A DNA stretch of 64,000 bases from the NCBI GenBank assembly GCA_964653195.1, contig CAZZCX010000002.1, positions 10,921-74,920 on the forward strand, read 5' to 3'. This document shows positions 30,368 to 39,390 of the stretch, one piece after another. Source of the DNA: an uncultured Gammaproteobacteria bacterium (GTDB lineage Bacteria > Patescibacteriota > Microgenomatia > Levybacterales > UBA12049). The position numbers and the translations under genes were made by a program. The notes beneath the pieces are model-generated. The model was not told the origin of the DNA. It saw only the letters and a program-made list of their open reading frames with translations, and searched no databases. Each line of letters opens with the position of its first letter. The stretch's first letter is position 1.

Positions 30368-32191
30368 CTATTCTCCTGGTTGGCTGGATAATTCACGAAG
30401 AAATAAATTATAGTCGAATTGGTTTACCGCTCCGTCATCGGTAATATCAGCACTTGATTTCTTATTAACGTCACTGCAGTCCCTTGGCTCACTAAGCCCA
30501 GAATAACAATCAAGTATCATATTATAATCCAGAATAGATAGGGCATTATCATTATTTGTATCACCCGTAATTAAATATACGGAAAGTAAATTATTAACTT
30601 GTCCGGAGGTCACATTCACAATACCTGGTATATTTTTTTTCAAATACTGATTTACTTTCACTTTCACTGTATAAATTCCGGTTGCTAAATTATTATAACT
30701 TACCAATCCTTGATATTTACCACTTGAGGGAATATAGGTGATAATACCCTGATTTTGGGCCACTAGTTGGTTTGTGGCATTATATATTTCCATACTTAAA
30801 GTGCGTGTCGTGCGAAGAGGATTTTGAGTGCCAAGGGATCCCGGATTAGCATTATCTCCTCCTCTTCCAATACCATGCAGAAAAACTATACTATTTAAAG
30901 ATGTAGCGCCTGGTGCGATAGTAGAGGTAGGAGGTGCATTTGTCAAAGTAGGTACAGCTGTCGGTGTAACTGTAATACTTGGCGTGATACTAGGTGTGAT
31001 ATTTCCACTTCTAATCTCAAGAGCTGCCAATCCAACATTTGTGTTTTGAGAAAAGGAATTAATAATTCTAGATGCATTTGTATAAACATTTGTTTCAATA
31101 AAACCAAATAAGAACTTAGAAGGTACAGCAGTTAAATACTTTGTACCTCCGTCTCTCCCAAACCCGAAAACCGTCATATTATTTTGCATTGACTTGTATG
31201 AATCAATTGTATTGTCATCTTCTAAATGTGACAGGAACAAGGATCTGTTTTTTTGAGTATCACTGAAATAAAGCCACTCAGGGGATGGCAAATCATTGGC
31301 CCACTCCTGACCACCTGTATATCTTTCATTATTAGAAGAAATCATAAAATTTGTTGAGGGATTAAAGGTACCATTAGGTGTGCCTTCATATAGAAACCAG
31401 TATGAATGACCTACTGATGTCAATGTCATACGCGCAAATGTAGGATAAATTTCCCAACTTCCTGACCAACTACCATTTGTAGAATTTATGGTAGCCTTAA
31501 GAGGACCTTGATTGACTATTTGACTGACTGAACCAGTACTACCCGGGTGAAAAAATCCTTCTGGATGAACCATATTTGGTATTCCACGAAAACTGCCTGC
31601 TGAACCTACTGTAGGTCTGTACGAAATCCAGTCAATTCCATCTCTATCTATAAAGCCTGCAAATCCTGCTCCTGCCTTGTGGTAGTAGTAAGTACCGCTA
31701 GATGTAGTAAGCCTAAAGCTTGATTGACCTTGAAAGTTAATATTATCTGCAACGGTTACTTGTGGAGTAAAATTATTGGCACTAAAACCAGGCCCAGTAT
31801 CAAAATATAAATAATAATTCTTAGCAGTATTAGCAGCTATTTCGGGAGACAAATAAATAAACTTACCTGTAGTTCCGTTTGTAATATCAAATTGAAACGG
31901 GACCAAAGGATTTACAATTCCACCCTGAGAATTAGTTTCTATAAGTTTTAATGAATTTAAGTTTGCTGTCCCACTCTGCCCTGCCTGTTGTAAGATTTGT
32001 GAAAAGTTCAAATTCAGTTCCAAAGGCTTACCAGAAGCTACAGGAATATTGGATTGAATAGTCAGTTTCACACGATATTTACGATCTAAATCGTGCCAAG
32101 GTACAGTTTGAGCTGCACTTTGAGTAATGGAAAAATATACCAGAGAAATTATAAATAACAGAACAGAAACGCTTAAAAGAAACTTTCTCAT
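30368..32191 (-). CDS. Secreted multi-domain surface protein with Thr/Pro-rich linker and C-terminal dockerin-like Ca-binding repeats
   Basis: Signal peptide MRKFLLSVSVLLFIISLVYFSITQSAA (ATG 32191); ITPSITPSITVTPTAVPT linker; GDTNNDNALSILDY and ADITDDGAVNQFDY. Confidence 0.75.
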   Translation of the reverse strand: MRKFLLSVSVLLFIISLVYFSITQSAAQTVPWHDLDRKYRVKLTIQSNIPVASGKPLELNLNFSQILQQAGQSGTANLNSLKLIETNSQGGIVNPLVPFQFDITNGTTGKFIYLSPEIAANTAKNYYLYFDTGPGFSANNFTPQVTVADNINFQGQSSFRLTTSSGTYYYHKAGAGFAGFIDRDGIDWISYRPTVGSAGSFRGIPNMVHPEGFFHPGSTGSVSQIVNQGPLKATINSTNGSWSGSWEIYPTFARMTLTSVGHSYWFLYEGTPNGTFNPSTNFMISSNNERYTGGQEWANDLPSPEWLYFSDTQKNRSLFLSHLEDDNTIDSYKSMQNNMTVFGFGRDGGTKYLTAVPSKFLFGFIETNVYTNASRIINSFSQNTNVGLAALEIRSGNITPSITPSITVTPTAVPTLTNAPPTSTIAPGATSLNSIVFLHGIGRGGDNANPGSLGTQNPLRTTRTLSMEIYNATNQLVAQNQGIITYIPSSGKYQGLVSYNNLATGIYTVKVKVNQYLKKNIPGIVNVTSGQVNNLLSVYLITGDTNNDNALSILDYNMILDCYSGLSEPRDCSDVNKKSSADITDDGAVNQFDYNLFLRELSSQPGE

Positions 32192-32270
32192 AAAGTGTGA
32201 TGTAGTATTAATATTATAGTATTTGTTATTAAATTTATATATTTTTGCTCCTGAAAAAACTAATAGTATT

Positions 32271-33986
32271 TTACTTTTTAATCTCAGATGATTCAAAAAT
32301 CATATAAGCTACATCAGTAGTCGGAAATTGAGCAATTTTTCTGTCATAGTACAGGACTACAGGACGGGTTGGGTAAGAGAATGTAGTAATTGGAGATTTA
32401 CCCTGTGGGTAATTACCTGTACCGGCTATAATTAGAGTACGAGGCATATAAATTTCCTTTTCCCAGTCGACTTTTCGAAACTCATACTTACCCGTATGTG
32501 AAAGCGTATTCACTAATCCTTTAAGCTGATAAACTGAATTCTTTTGATAATTTACAGGCGGGTACTTTGCATAAAAAAGTAAAGAGGTATAAAAAAATTC
32601 CGCACTTTCATCAAATATAATTTTATCGTAATTATGCTCAATGTTCTTTATATATTCTACAGTTTTTTTGTCTTCTGATCTCCAATCTTTGGCAAATTCT
32701 ATGGGAAAACGGATGAAATAAGAAAGGAAATAAAATATGTAAGTATACGAGATAATTCCGATCATAAATGTCAAAATACCGGTTTTGAATAAATTATTTT
32801 TTAACTTGAATACATTTTGTAACAAATAAAAAAAACCATATGCAGAAAATACTATAAAGGGAATAATAATAGGATAAGACCTTGTGCCATTTGGAACCGA
32901 AATAATTATCGATCCGATAAAAAATATTGCCAAAAACCATATATAAAACGGGTAGAAATAACTGCTTCTTTTTTTTAACGCATAATATATTCCAATTAAA
33001 AGCAATGGGAAATCGAAATAATGAAACATAGCGAGATTCCCTCCAACATCCTGATTCGGCTTTGCTGCTCCTGTTGTGAAAAAGAAATTAGTTGAAAAGA
33101 ATGAAATAAGATTTATTAAGTATTTCCATAGAACCAAAACCCAATAATTAAAAAAAATCTTCTGCGCTAAAGGAGGCAAAACTAAAAAATAGCTTCTTGT
33201 TTGGATAATATCTGATCTTGCCTCATTTCCAAATATTAATGCGTCCTTATGCGTAGAAAAGCCTGATTGCGATTGAAGAGTCAGAAAAGTTACTAAAAAA
33301 GGTATCATACCTATACAAAATAAAATAAGGATTGACACTAATGTCTTTTTTGAATTTTTTAGATAGTTAAGATACAAAAAAATAAGTGCGAAAAATATTA
33401 CGGGTGCGATAAGCCTTGTTACATTGTAAGTATAGACAGCCAATATAAAAGAAATTATAGAAATAATAAAAAAAAGTAAATTATTTTTTCGTTGAACCGC
33501 TATAACAAAAAATAATGTGCCCAATAACATAAGCGCTGTCGCAGCGTTTACTTCATAACCAGCCCGTGAAAAGAAAAAATGCCAGGGATTAAGTGCGAGA
33601 AAAAGACTGGATATCACTGCAAATCCCTTGTTTTTGGAAAGTTCGTAAACAAGAAAAAATAGAAATATTACACTCAGTGATCCCAAAAAAGCAGAAGGAA
33701 ATCTTACAGCAAATGCATTTGCTCCAAATAATTTTATTGACAAAGTAGTTGAGTAAATATATAGAGGCAACTTATAGTCATCAAAGGATCGAAAATATAA
33801 TGGCATATTCTCACCATATTCATCTTTCCCGGTAAGTAGGATAGAGTAGGCATTGTATCCGATAGCTGTTTCATCCGGATATAATCCATTCGGAATATTC
33901 GAAAGCTGGTGAAATCTTAGGAAAAGAGCTATTGAAAAGATTAAAGCGAGCGAGAGTAAGTGATAATTATTCTTAACAATTCTCAT
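32271..33986 (-). CDS. ArnT/PMT-family GT-C glycosyltransferase (paralog)
   Basis: LYPDETAIGYNAYSILLTGKDEYG, FRSFDDYKLP, AVRFPSA. Confidence 0.85.
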   Translation of the reverse strand: MRIVKNNYHLLSLALIFSIALFLRFHQLSNIPNGLYPDETAIGYNAYSILLTGKDEYGENMPLYFRSFDDYKLPLYIYSTTLSIKLFGANAFAVRFPSAFLGSLSVIFLFFLVYELSKNKGFAVISSLFLALNPWHFFFSRAGYEVNAATALMLLGTLFFVIAVQRKNNLLFFIISIISFILAVYTYNVTRLIAPVIFFALIFLYLNYLKNSKKTLVSILILFCIGMIPFLVTFLTLQSQSGFSTHKDALIFGNEARSDIIQTRSYFLVLPPLAQKIFFNYWVLVLWKYLINLISFFSTNFFFTTGAAKPNQDVGGNLAMFHYFDFPLLLIGIYYALKKRSSYFYPFYIWFLAIFFIGSIIISVPNGTRSYPIIIPFIVFSAYGFFYLLQNVFKLKNNLFKTGILTFMIGIISYTYIFYFLSYFIRFPIEFAKDWRSEDKKTVEYIKNIEHNYDKIIFDESAEFFYTSLLFYAKYPPVNYQKNSVYQLKGLVNTLSHTGKYEFRKVDWEKEIYMPRTLIIAGTGNYPQGKSPITTFSYPTRPVVLYYDRKIAQFPTTDVAYMIFESSEIKK

Positions 33987-34266
33987 ATTTCAAATATGTA
34001 TCAAAATCAATATATATACTTAAAATAAAGTAAATTTTTCAATTTACCTCATACTCAACAATTATACCAAAGATAGATAATGTAATTTTATGTTTAACAC
34101 ATACATAAAATTGATTGAGATAATTTGAAGAAATTAAACTTTTTTAGAACTGCGAAATTATAATATCAGTCTTTGCCCGCCTACTTTTACTATTTAGCAA
34201 TAATTACAATCTGAGAAGTACTGAATTGTCTCTAATTTACTCATACTGTATAATTCAAAGCTAGAT

Positions 34267-35256
34267 ATGAATAATTATGAACATCCATTAAGCTGGCAAG
34301 CGCTGGGGAGAGTAGTGACAACAGGTCTCATAATTTTATTTGTATGGAAAACTTTTAATATTCTTATCCTTATCCTAGTTTCCATTATGCTTGCTGCAGC
34401 GCTCAATCCGCTTGTCATGAAGCTAAATCGAAAGTTTCCACTAATAATTTCAACGCTGCTTGTAGTATTCATACTTCTTGTACCATTTATCACTCTTGGT
34501 GTGATTGCTATTCCAACTTTTATTCGTGAATTTCCCGCTCTACTCAAAACCTTAAGCGGTATTGTGAATAATTCACCTTTAATTCCTTCATCTATTCGTG
34601 ATATTGACTTTGCCCAATATGCACAAGATGCCGGAAGCTACGTGTTGCAATCTACAACGATTGCAACAAATGTCATAACTTCTATTTTTACCCTTATTTT
34701 TTTGACGTTCTATTTTATTTTTGATGCAAATCGAATACAATCGCTTCTTCTTTCAATATTTCCAAAAAGTAAACATAAAAAAATTACAATTCTACTTGCA
34801 GAATTGGGACAGCTTAACGGCCTGTATATTCGAGGGAATCTAATTATTTCCCTAATTTGCGGCGTCACTATTTTTATAGGCTTGACTCTACTTCAGATTC
34901 CTTTTGCAGCACCTTTGGCGATCTTTACAGCTATCATGAATTTGCTGCCATTGGTCGGTGCGGCTATTGGCATGATACCAGCAGTCATCATAGCAATCAC
35001 AATATCACCTATAACAGCTCTTCTGGTTGCAGCTCTGTATCTCATCTATCAACAGGTCGAAAGTGCTATCCTTGCCCCAACAATTTACAATAAAGCGCTC
35101 AATCTTTCACCGGCGTTAAGTTTTCTTGCTGTAATTGTAGGCGTCGGATTATTTGGTATAGTAGGTGCATTTTTAGCTCTTCCTATTGCTGCCAGTATGC
35201 CTGTAATTATTAAATTTGTTCGAGAGGACATGCAGAAAAATGAACATGGTGCTTAA
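34267..35256 (+). CDS. AI-2E family transporter
   Basis: ALNPLV, YIRG.LI, LPLVG, YQQVES.IL.P, LFGIVGAFLALP. Confidence 0.9.
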   Translation: MNNYEHPLSWQALGRVVTTGLIILFVWKTFNILILILVSIMLAAALNPLVMKLNRKFPLIISTLLVVFILLVPFITLGVIAIPTFIREFPALLKTLSGIVNNSPLIPSSIRDIDFAQYAQDAGSYVLQSTTIATNVITSIFTLIFLTFYFIFDANRIQSLLLSIFPKSKHKKITILLAELGQLNGLYIRGNLIISLICGVTIFIGLTLLQIPFAAPLAIFTAIMNLLPLVGAAIGMIPAVIIAITISPITALLVAALYLIYQQVESAILAPTIYNKALNLSPALSFLAVIVGVGLFGIVGAFLALPIAASMPVIIKFVREDMQKNEHGA

Positions 35257-35306
35257 TAAATCGTTGATTATTTTCTGCTTTCAACTTAATTATATTGATT
35301 TATAGT

Positions 35307-35335
35307 TTGTTTCTCAGCCTCAAATAAGGTAAAAT
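35307..35335 (+). promoter_or_regulatory. Promoter of the tRNA-Glu/GIY-YIG locus
   Basis: TTGTTT (35307-12), 17 bp, TAAAAT (35330-35); 8 nt upstream of the first tRNA 5' copy. Confidence 0.55.
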
Positions 35336-35343
35336 ATTCACAA

Positions 35344-35417
35344 GGCCCCATCGTTCCCGACGAATTTCATTCGTGCGGGATCCCGATGGAAACTACCATC
35401 GGGGCTAGTGGTCTAAG
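35344..35417 (+). repeat. Duplicated 5' 24 nt of tRNA-Glu interrupted by a 50-nt twin-hairpin insertion
   Basis: GGCCCCATCGT (35344-54) + insert (35355-404) + CTAGTGGTCTAAG (35405-17), versus tRNA GGCCCCATCGT-CTAGTGGCCTAGG (22/24 identical). Confidence 0.9.
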
Positions 35418-35420
35418 CAT

Positions 35421-35675
35421 ATGTTTGCAATGTATATCTTGCAAAGCCAGAAAGACAGTAGTTACTATATCGGTAGTACTAGTAACATGGAGAAAAGGTT
35501 AATTAAGCATAATAGGGGTGGATCAAGATATACTAAAAGCAAAATTCCTTGGGTTATAGCTTATAAAGAGATGTATAATACAATTTCTGAGGCTAAAAAA
35601 AGAGAATATTATATAAAATCTTTAAAAAGTAAAATTGCTATAGCAAAATTAATTAATAATGGCCCCATCGTCTAG
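35421..35675 (+). CDS. Small stand-alone GIY-YIG nuclease (UPF0213/SLX1-like)
   Basis: MYILQS...YYIGST.NMEKRL..HN.G.SRYTK...PW...Y.E.Y.....A..RE..IK; last 15 nt overlap the tRNA. Confidence 0.9.
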   Translation: MFAMYILQSQKDSSYYIGSTSNMEKRLIKHNRGGSRYTKSKIPWVIAYKEMYNTISEAKKREYYIKSLKSKIAIAKLINNGPIV

Positions 35676-35733
35676 TGGCCTAGGACGCCAGGTTCTCATC
35701 CTGGAAACCGGGATTCGACTTCCCGTGGGGTCA
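35661..35733 (+). tRNA. tRNA-Glu (anticodon CTC), CCA not encoded
   Basis: Acceptor GGCCCCA/TGGGGTC, D-loop AGTGG, anticodon stem CCAGG/CCTGG with loop TTCTCAT, T-arm CGGGA-TTCGACT-TCCCG. Confidence 0.95.
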
Positions 35734-35775
35734 CCGAGCTCAGCTCGGTGATAGCAAGCTCAACTTGCTCACCGA
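35731..35775. repeat. Twin hairpins at the tRNA 3' end bounded by a 7-bp direct repeat TCACCGA
   Basis: TCACCGAGCT-C-AGCTCGGTGA (perfect 10-bp IR, 35731-51); AGCAAG-CTCAA-CTTGCT (35753-69); TCACCGA at 35731 and 35769. Confidence 0.85.
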
Positions 35776-35853
35776 AATTTTGGCTATGTTCGAATAAGTA
35801 CTTTTACTTGCTCATTCTCTACTATCCACCCAATTTTTGATATTCTAAAGTAA

Positions 35854-36117
35854 GTGTATTATATCTATATTCTATTTTCTGAAAAAGATAAGTAACTTTA
35901 TTCAGGTTATACTAAAGATTTTTGTTCTTGATTTAAAGCTCACAAAAGAGACTTCGTGAAGGCAACATAGCATAGTGAGCCTTTAAAATTAATATAATAC
36001 GAGGTATACTCCGTAAACGCTAATGCGAGACAAAGAGGATAATATTTAAAGGGTGATAACTGAAGAGGAAAATTGAAAATACAATAACATACTATTCTTA
36101 GAAAGTTAGATTACATA
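35854..36117 (+). pseudogene. GIY-YIG nuclease pseudogene
   Basis: Single-frame translation VYYIYILFSEKDK*LYSGYTKDFCS*FKAHKRDFVKAT*HSEPLKLI*YEVYSVNANARQRG*YLKGDN*RGKLKIQ*HTILRKLDYI; 7 in-frame stops; end approximate. Confidence 0.8.
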
Positions 36118-36212
36118 GCTTTAGAGAAAGATACTAACTCAGGGTTTCTAGCTACTCGTAGCTCTAAAAAAAGAGAAGTGTAGTCCCTCACACTAAATAA
36201 ATAATAGTTCAA

Positions 36213-36878
36213 TCATATACAAATAAATTTTTCGATTTCATCCATTACAATATTACTTTCCTCCTCAGAATGTCTAAAACTATGTCCCATATTAGGCTGT
36301 CTGACCACATAAGGCTTATTGGCATTTGCAACAATTCTTTCCGTATCCTGAGGAAGAACACTCTTATCATCTAAAGCGATAAATATCATAATGGGTTTAT
36401 TTATATTAGCTACTTCTTCTACCGCCGAGTACGTAAGTCCATCCTGAACAAACGAATAGGGGACTTCGAAAGATCTGAATTGTTCTGGATTATTAGGAAG
36501 TTCCCTCTTAGAATATCTTGGCCTATCTTTTTCCCATCGTAATGATGGTCCGATTCTATCAGGAGGAGGACACAAGGCAACTATTTTAGTTACTTCTTTA
36601 ATCCGGCTCCCGGCGATAATAGCAATAAAACCACCTAAGCTGTGACCTATTAATACAATTTCTTTAGGGTTTTTTTTGTTATATATGTCGACTTTATCGT
36701 GTACATGCTTAATATAGTTAGTTATAGAGTAATTACCTACATTTCCATTTTCCCAAAGATGACATGGATCTAATCTCTCAACACTAAACTCAAGCTCACG
36801 CAATCTATCTTCAAATATTTTCAAATGTAGATAATCCGGTGAGTCTAAATATCCAGGTAGTAATAATGCTAATTTCAT
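36213..36878 (-). CDS. Alpha/beta hydrolase
   Basis: LLPGY oxyanion region, nucleophile elbow GHSLG, Asp (DDKSV) and His (MGHSF). Confidence 0.9.
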   Translation of the reverse strand: MKLALLLPGYLDSPDYLHLKIFEDRLRELEFSVERLDPCHLWENGNVGNYSITNYIKHVHDKVDIYNKKNPKEIVLIGHSLGGFIAIIAGSRIKEVTKIVALCPPPDRIGPSLRWEKDRPRYSKRELPNNPEQFRSFEVPYSFVQDGLTYSAVEEVANINKPIMIFIALDDKSVLPQDTERIVANANKPYVVRQPNMGHSFRHSEEESNIVMDEIEKFICI

Positions 36879-37073
36879 ATAAAGATTATATCACCGATTA
36901 TTTAGCTTTTAATATTCAATTATATAGGGATACATTAAATATGCTCCTCCGATGTCGTAAATCCTTTACAAATATATTTAATTCAGCGTCAAGAAGAAAA
37001 TCTGGGTCATATTCATTAATGGTCTTATGCATAACTCGTGTCGTAGATACCGTTGGAAGTTAAATAATATTTA

Positions 37074-38375
37074 TTACAAATCCGTAGATGCTTCAGGCAT
37101 ACGTAAGTCATTTTCTGGTTCTTCTTTTACTAAACTTATCTTTGTATCAGCTTTTTTTAAAGATAAATATAAAAATACAGCCAAAACGATAAGCACAGAC
37201 CATGTAATTAAGAAGTACTCTAGTTTACTTTGTGTATTCAGGTAGCCAATAATTGGCGCTAGCACGACATAAGGTAAAGTTCTTAAGAAAGACGCCACCG
37301 ATAAAACCGTTGCCCGATTAGACTCTTCAGTACGATAATTTATAACCTCACTCATAAAAGGATGAAGCACATGTTCACCTGTATATAAAGCAAGTATTAC
37401 AAAATAACCCCAAATACCTATATCTGCTAGAGACAAAATTAAACCTATTCCGGCTAAAACTGATATCAAAACAAGTACTAACTTTTCACTTAAACTCTCT
37501 GCATGCCTATGCATAAAAGCTAAAATAATTACAGTTATTAGACTGCAAGACGCAATTACAAAGGAACCTGCAACAGTACTAAAATGAAAACGGTCTAATA
37601 AAACTAATCTTAAAAGACCCCAACCCGCAGTATAAAATAAGCCCTGTACTGAGATAATTAAGGGGACATAAAGAAATAGTTTTTTCTTTCTGAATTCCAA
37701 AAACCCCGACTTAATGCTAATTAAGTGTTCTCTTAGTTCTGTTACTATTTTTTGTTTTTTTGTCATTTTACGATTTTCCTTGATAGGCCAGATGATTAAT
37801 GCTGAACTTACTAAAGAAAATCCAGTTAATATCCAAGGCAACCTAGGTTCGATATTGTAAAGCCACCCTCCTATAATAACAGCAGACATCGAACCTATTA
37901 GAGCTATTTGTGAACCTTTAGTAACTAACTTTCTCCAATCTAAAGACTTGAATTGAAGCTTATTAAAGAACAAAGCTTCATCTGCCCCAGAAACGAAAGA
38001 TACACCTATCATCATTGTTGCTTGACCAACCATAAATGGCATTAAATTACTTCCAAATGCCTGTATAAGTAGACCACTCCCCGCTAATATTTGCCCTAAT
38101 TTAGCCATCTTATCTCTACCAAACTTATCAGCTAGTACCCCAGATGGAACTTCCGCAATTAAACCAATTGCAAAAGCAAGACCATCTAATATCCCAACCT
38201 CACTATCTGTTATAAATAACCTGTAAAAATAGAGCCAAATAGCTCCTACAAACCAAAGGTTAGTTAAAAATTTGTAAATAAGATACTTGCGTGAAATCCA
38301 CTTTTGACTACTGTTCATATATGAAATATTCGCTTTTAATACTTGAATTATAGTTTTTACTTTAAAACTAATCAA
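37074..38375 (-). CDS. MFS transporter (true start probably MNSSQKW near 38318)
   Basis: EVPSGVLADKFGRD motif A, SGADEAL, NRATVLS. Confidence 0.9.
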   Translation of the reverse strand: MISFKVKTIIQVLKANISYMNSSQKWISRKYLIYKFLTNLWFVGAIWLYFYRLFITDSEVGILDGLAFAIGLIAEVPSGVLADKFGRDKMAKLGQILAGSGLLIQAFGSNLMPFMVGQATMMIGVSFVSGADEALFFNKLQFKSLDWRKLVTKGSQIALIGSMSAVIIGGWLYNIEPRLPWILTGFSLVSSALIIWPIKENRKMTKKQKIVTELREHLISIKSGFLEFRKKKLFLYVPLIISVQGLFYTAGWGLLRLVLLDRFHFSTVAGSFVIASCSLITVIILAFMHRHAESLSEKLVLVLISVLAGIGLILSLADIGIWGYFVILALYTGEHVLHPFMSEVINYRTEESNRATVLSVASFLRTLPYVVLAPIIGYLNTQSKLEYFLITWSVLIVLAVFLYLSLKKADTKISLVKEEPENDLRMPEASTDL

Positions 38376-38602
38376 TTAAAATCCAAGCTCATACGCCACA
38401 AATATAATGAATAAGTACAAATTAATGTAAATTTATGTCTTAAATTGATTGGATTTATACTCAAGGTGATATGCAGAGGACTAAGTATAGGCAAACAAAA
38501 CTAATTACTCTCAGAAATGAAGGTTATACATACCAATAAGGTTATTTAGCGTTTGTTCGGAATTGGTATAGTTAGAGTTGCTAACTTATAGCTTTATACA
38601 AA

Positions 38603-39136
38603 TTAAGTCAATTTACGAATTACAATTTGTATGGCATTTGAAGTCATAGCATCACTAATCTCCCCCTTATCTATCATACCTAGTGCTTCAGAAAAGCTTA
38701 CATATTTGTACTCTACAATATCTTCGCTAAATTCAGAATTGGTATATGTAAGTACTACTTCTTCAATTTTAGAGTAAAAAATTGTAACCTTCTCTGTATT
38801 CAGGCTGTTAAGTGAATGAAATATACCAATTTTATAGAACTCTTCTGCTATTATCCCGGTTTCCTCGTTTAATTCTCTCTTTGCGGCATCAGTTGTAGTC
38901 TCACCTTTGTCTATTCCTCCACCTGGTATTTCCCAGGAGTACTCATTGATTACATATCGATATTGCTTTATGAGAAGAATTTTATTTTCTTTAGTCACAG
39001 CTACAATACCTACACCGTCTGTTCGATCTATCCATGTTTGAGTACCTTTCATTCCATTTGGATACTCAATTTCATCTTGATAAAAAGACAACCATTCATC
39101 CTTATAAATCTTTGTGTGTTTTAATTTCTTAAACAT
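38603..39136 (-). CDS. NUDIX hydrolase (ADP-ribose pyrophosphatase-like)
   Basis: KQYRY..WEIPGG.IDKGE....AAKRELNEETG; ISDA. Confidence 0.9.
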   Translation of the reverse strand: MFKKLKHTKIYKDEWLSFYQDEIEYPNGMKGTQTWIDRTDGVGIVAVTKENKILLIKQYRYVINEYSWEIPGGGIDKGETTTDAAKRELNEETGIIAEEFYKIGIFHSLNSLNTEKVTIFYSKIEEVVLTYTNSEFSEDIVEYKYVSFSEALGMIDKGEISDAMTSNAIQIVIRKLT

Positions 39137-39390
39137 AACTAAAAAATTATTCTTCTGATAACTTATGATATTATTTCTTTATAGTATACTGCTTTATATA
39201 TAATTTTGCCTGTTTCATTCATGTAAAAATACTTTTTAACTTACTAAGATAGAAAGAAATATACATACAAATAATAATTAGACCATTGAGAATTCAATAA
39301 GTTTCATAGAAAATCTAAATTTTCCTTACTTTTGGAAATTATCAGATTTTAAAAGCATAAGACAGTTACCTTTAAAAATCACACTATTAA

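Noticed and set aside
32192-32296. ORF-track N-terminal extension of the secreted protein
   Set aside because: Overlaps the upstream gene; the signal peptide begins at ATG 32191
35344-35733. Group I or bulge-helix-bulge tRNA intron interpretation
   Set aside because: The downstream tRNA is complete without splicing, the 5' end is duplicated rather than split, and there is no room for a ribozyme core
35854-36117. Stop-codon reassignment making the second GIY-YIG gene intact
   Set aside because: All three stop types interrupt it, and other genes read normally with the standard code
36839-37245. Short ORFs between the hydrolase and MFS genes, including a minus-strand 38-codon frame MHKTINEYDPDF...
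   Set aside because: No recognisable motif; could be a gene remnant but cannot be supported
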